Positions 60,603 to 64,000 of a DNA stretch of 64,000 nucleotides are shown here, piece after piece. How positions within the stretch are numbered: position 1 is the first letter of the stretch; every line of letters starts with the position of its first letter. The stretch lies in assembly GCF_009914755.1 (NCBI RefSeq), contig NC_060944.1. The stretch is one strand, 5' to 3'. Both the position numbers and the translations under genes were made by a program. Under the pieces are notes generated by a model. It had not been told where the DNA came from. It saw nothing but the letters and a program-made list of their open reading frames with translations, and did not search any database. This DNA is from the human T2T-CHM13v2.0 reference genome, Homo sapiens.

Positions 60603-60630
60603 ATTGCTTTTTGGCCTTTGGCTGAGATCA
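60603..60630 (+). pseudogene. U2 snRNA 5'-end-like fragment
   Basis: ATTGCTTTTTGGCCTTTGGCTGAGATCA vs U2 ATCGCTTCTCGGCCTTTTGGCTAAGATCA (4 substitutions, 1 gap). Confidence 0.55.
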
Positions 60631-61012
60631 GGGGAGATAAAGGAGTAAAAGGCTCTGAAAGTTTGCATGCAGAATGTCTGCTTTTAGGGATGGCTTGTGG
60701 AAGTTAAATGGATGATGCCTGTATTTCAGTTCTTTCTAGTTGCCAGTACCATTGAGAAAATATGTCAAAAACACAAGAAATGTTACACAAGACAACACCA
60801 AACGTCACAAGGCAGTAGACTATAATTGTCAAAAAAGGTGCATGCAGACAATAATGGCCAAGAGCTCAAAGAGACTGCAGTGGGTCAGGGCCAAGCTAAC
60901 CTGAGAAGTGTACCTTAAAAAGGAAGAGGAGCAAAACTCTCTTGACATGCTTAATTGTGATGTTTAATGAACATCCTTGCAGTGTAAGACGACCTTTTTA
61001 AAATACATTCTT

Positions 61013-63999
<2,987 letters not shown>

Positions 64000-64000
64000 G

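Overview
Human (Alu-dense primate) genomic DNA. It is recognisable from the encoded proteins as the chr20p13 TRIB3-RBCK1-TBC1D20 cluster. The + strand carries the last two coding exons and 3'UTR of the TRIB3 pseudokinase (695-~6965). It also carries the complete 12-exon RBCK1/HOIL-1L gene (ATG 18297, stop 40199; exons sum to 1533 nt = 510 aa), with a CpG-island promoter preceded by a 41-bp GC-rich VNTR. The - strand carries TBC1D20 exons 2-8 (57825 down to stop at 48337; exon 1 is outside the window) and a ~3 kb 3'UTR converging on RBCK1. The rest is about 50 Alus, L1/L2/MIR fragments, MaLR and MER21 LTRs, Tigger/hAT MITEs and a Y3 RNA retrocopy. I find no new protein-coding system; most long ORFs in the track are Alu, GC-repeat or antisense artefacts. 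The best leads are regulatory or structural: (1) a dual-frame RBCK1 first exon whose out-of-frame upstream ATG has the stronger Kozak context, plus another uORF; (2) the promoter VNTR beside an IRF/ETS module; (3) strand-specific TGACC(C) arrays and a C-rich minisatellite in RBCK1 introns 6 and 9; (4) two perfect kB sites; (5) a 155-codon TBC1D20 intron-5 read-through frame ending in a hydrophobic tail; (6) an LTR-donated TBC1D20 poly(A) signal; (7) a TSD-flanked insert holding an inverted copy of nearby unique sequence. Repeat subfamily names and repeat ends were assigned by eye and are approximate.
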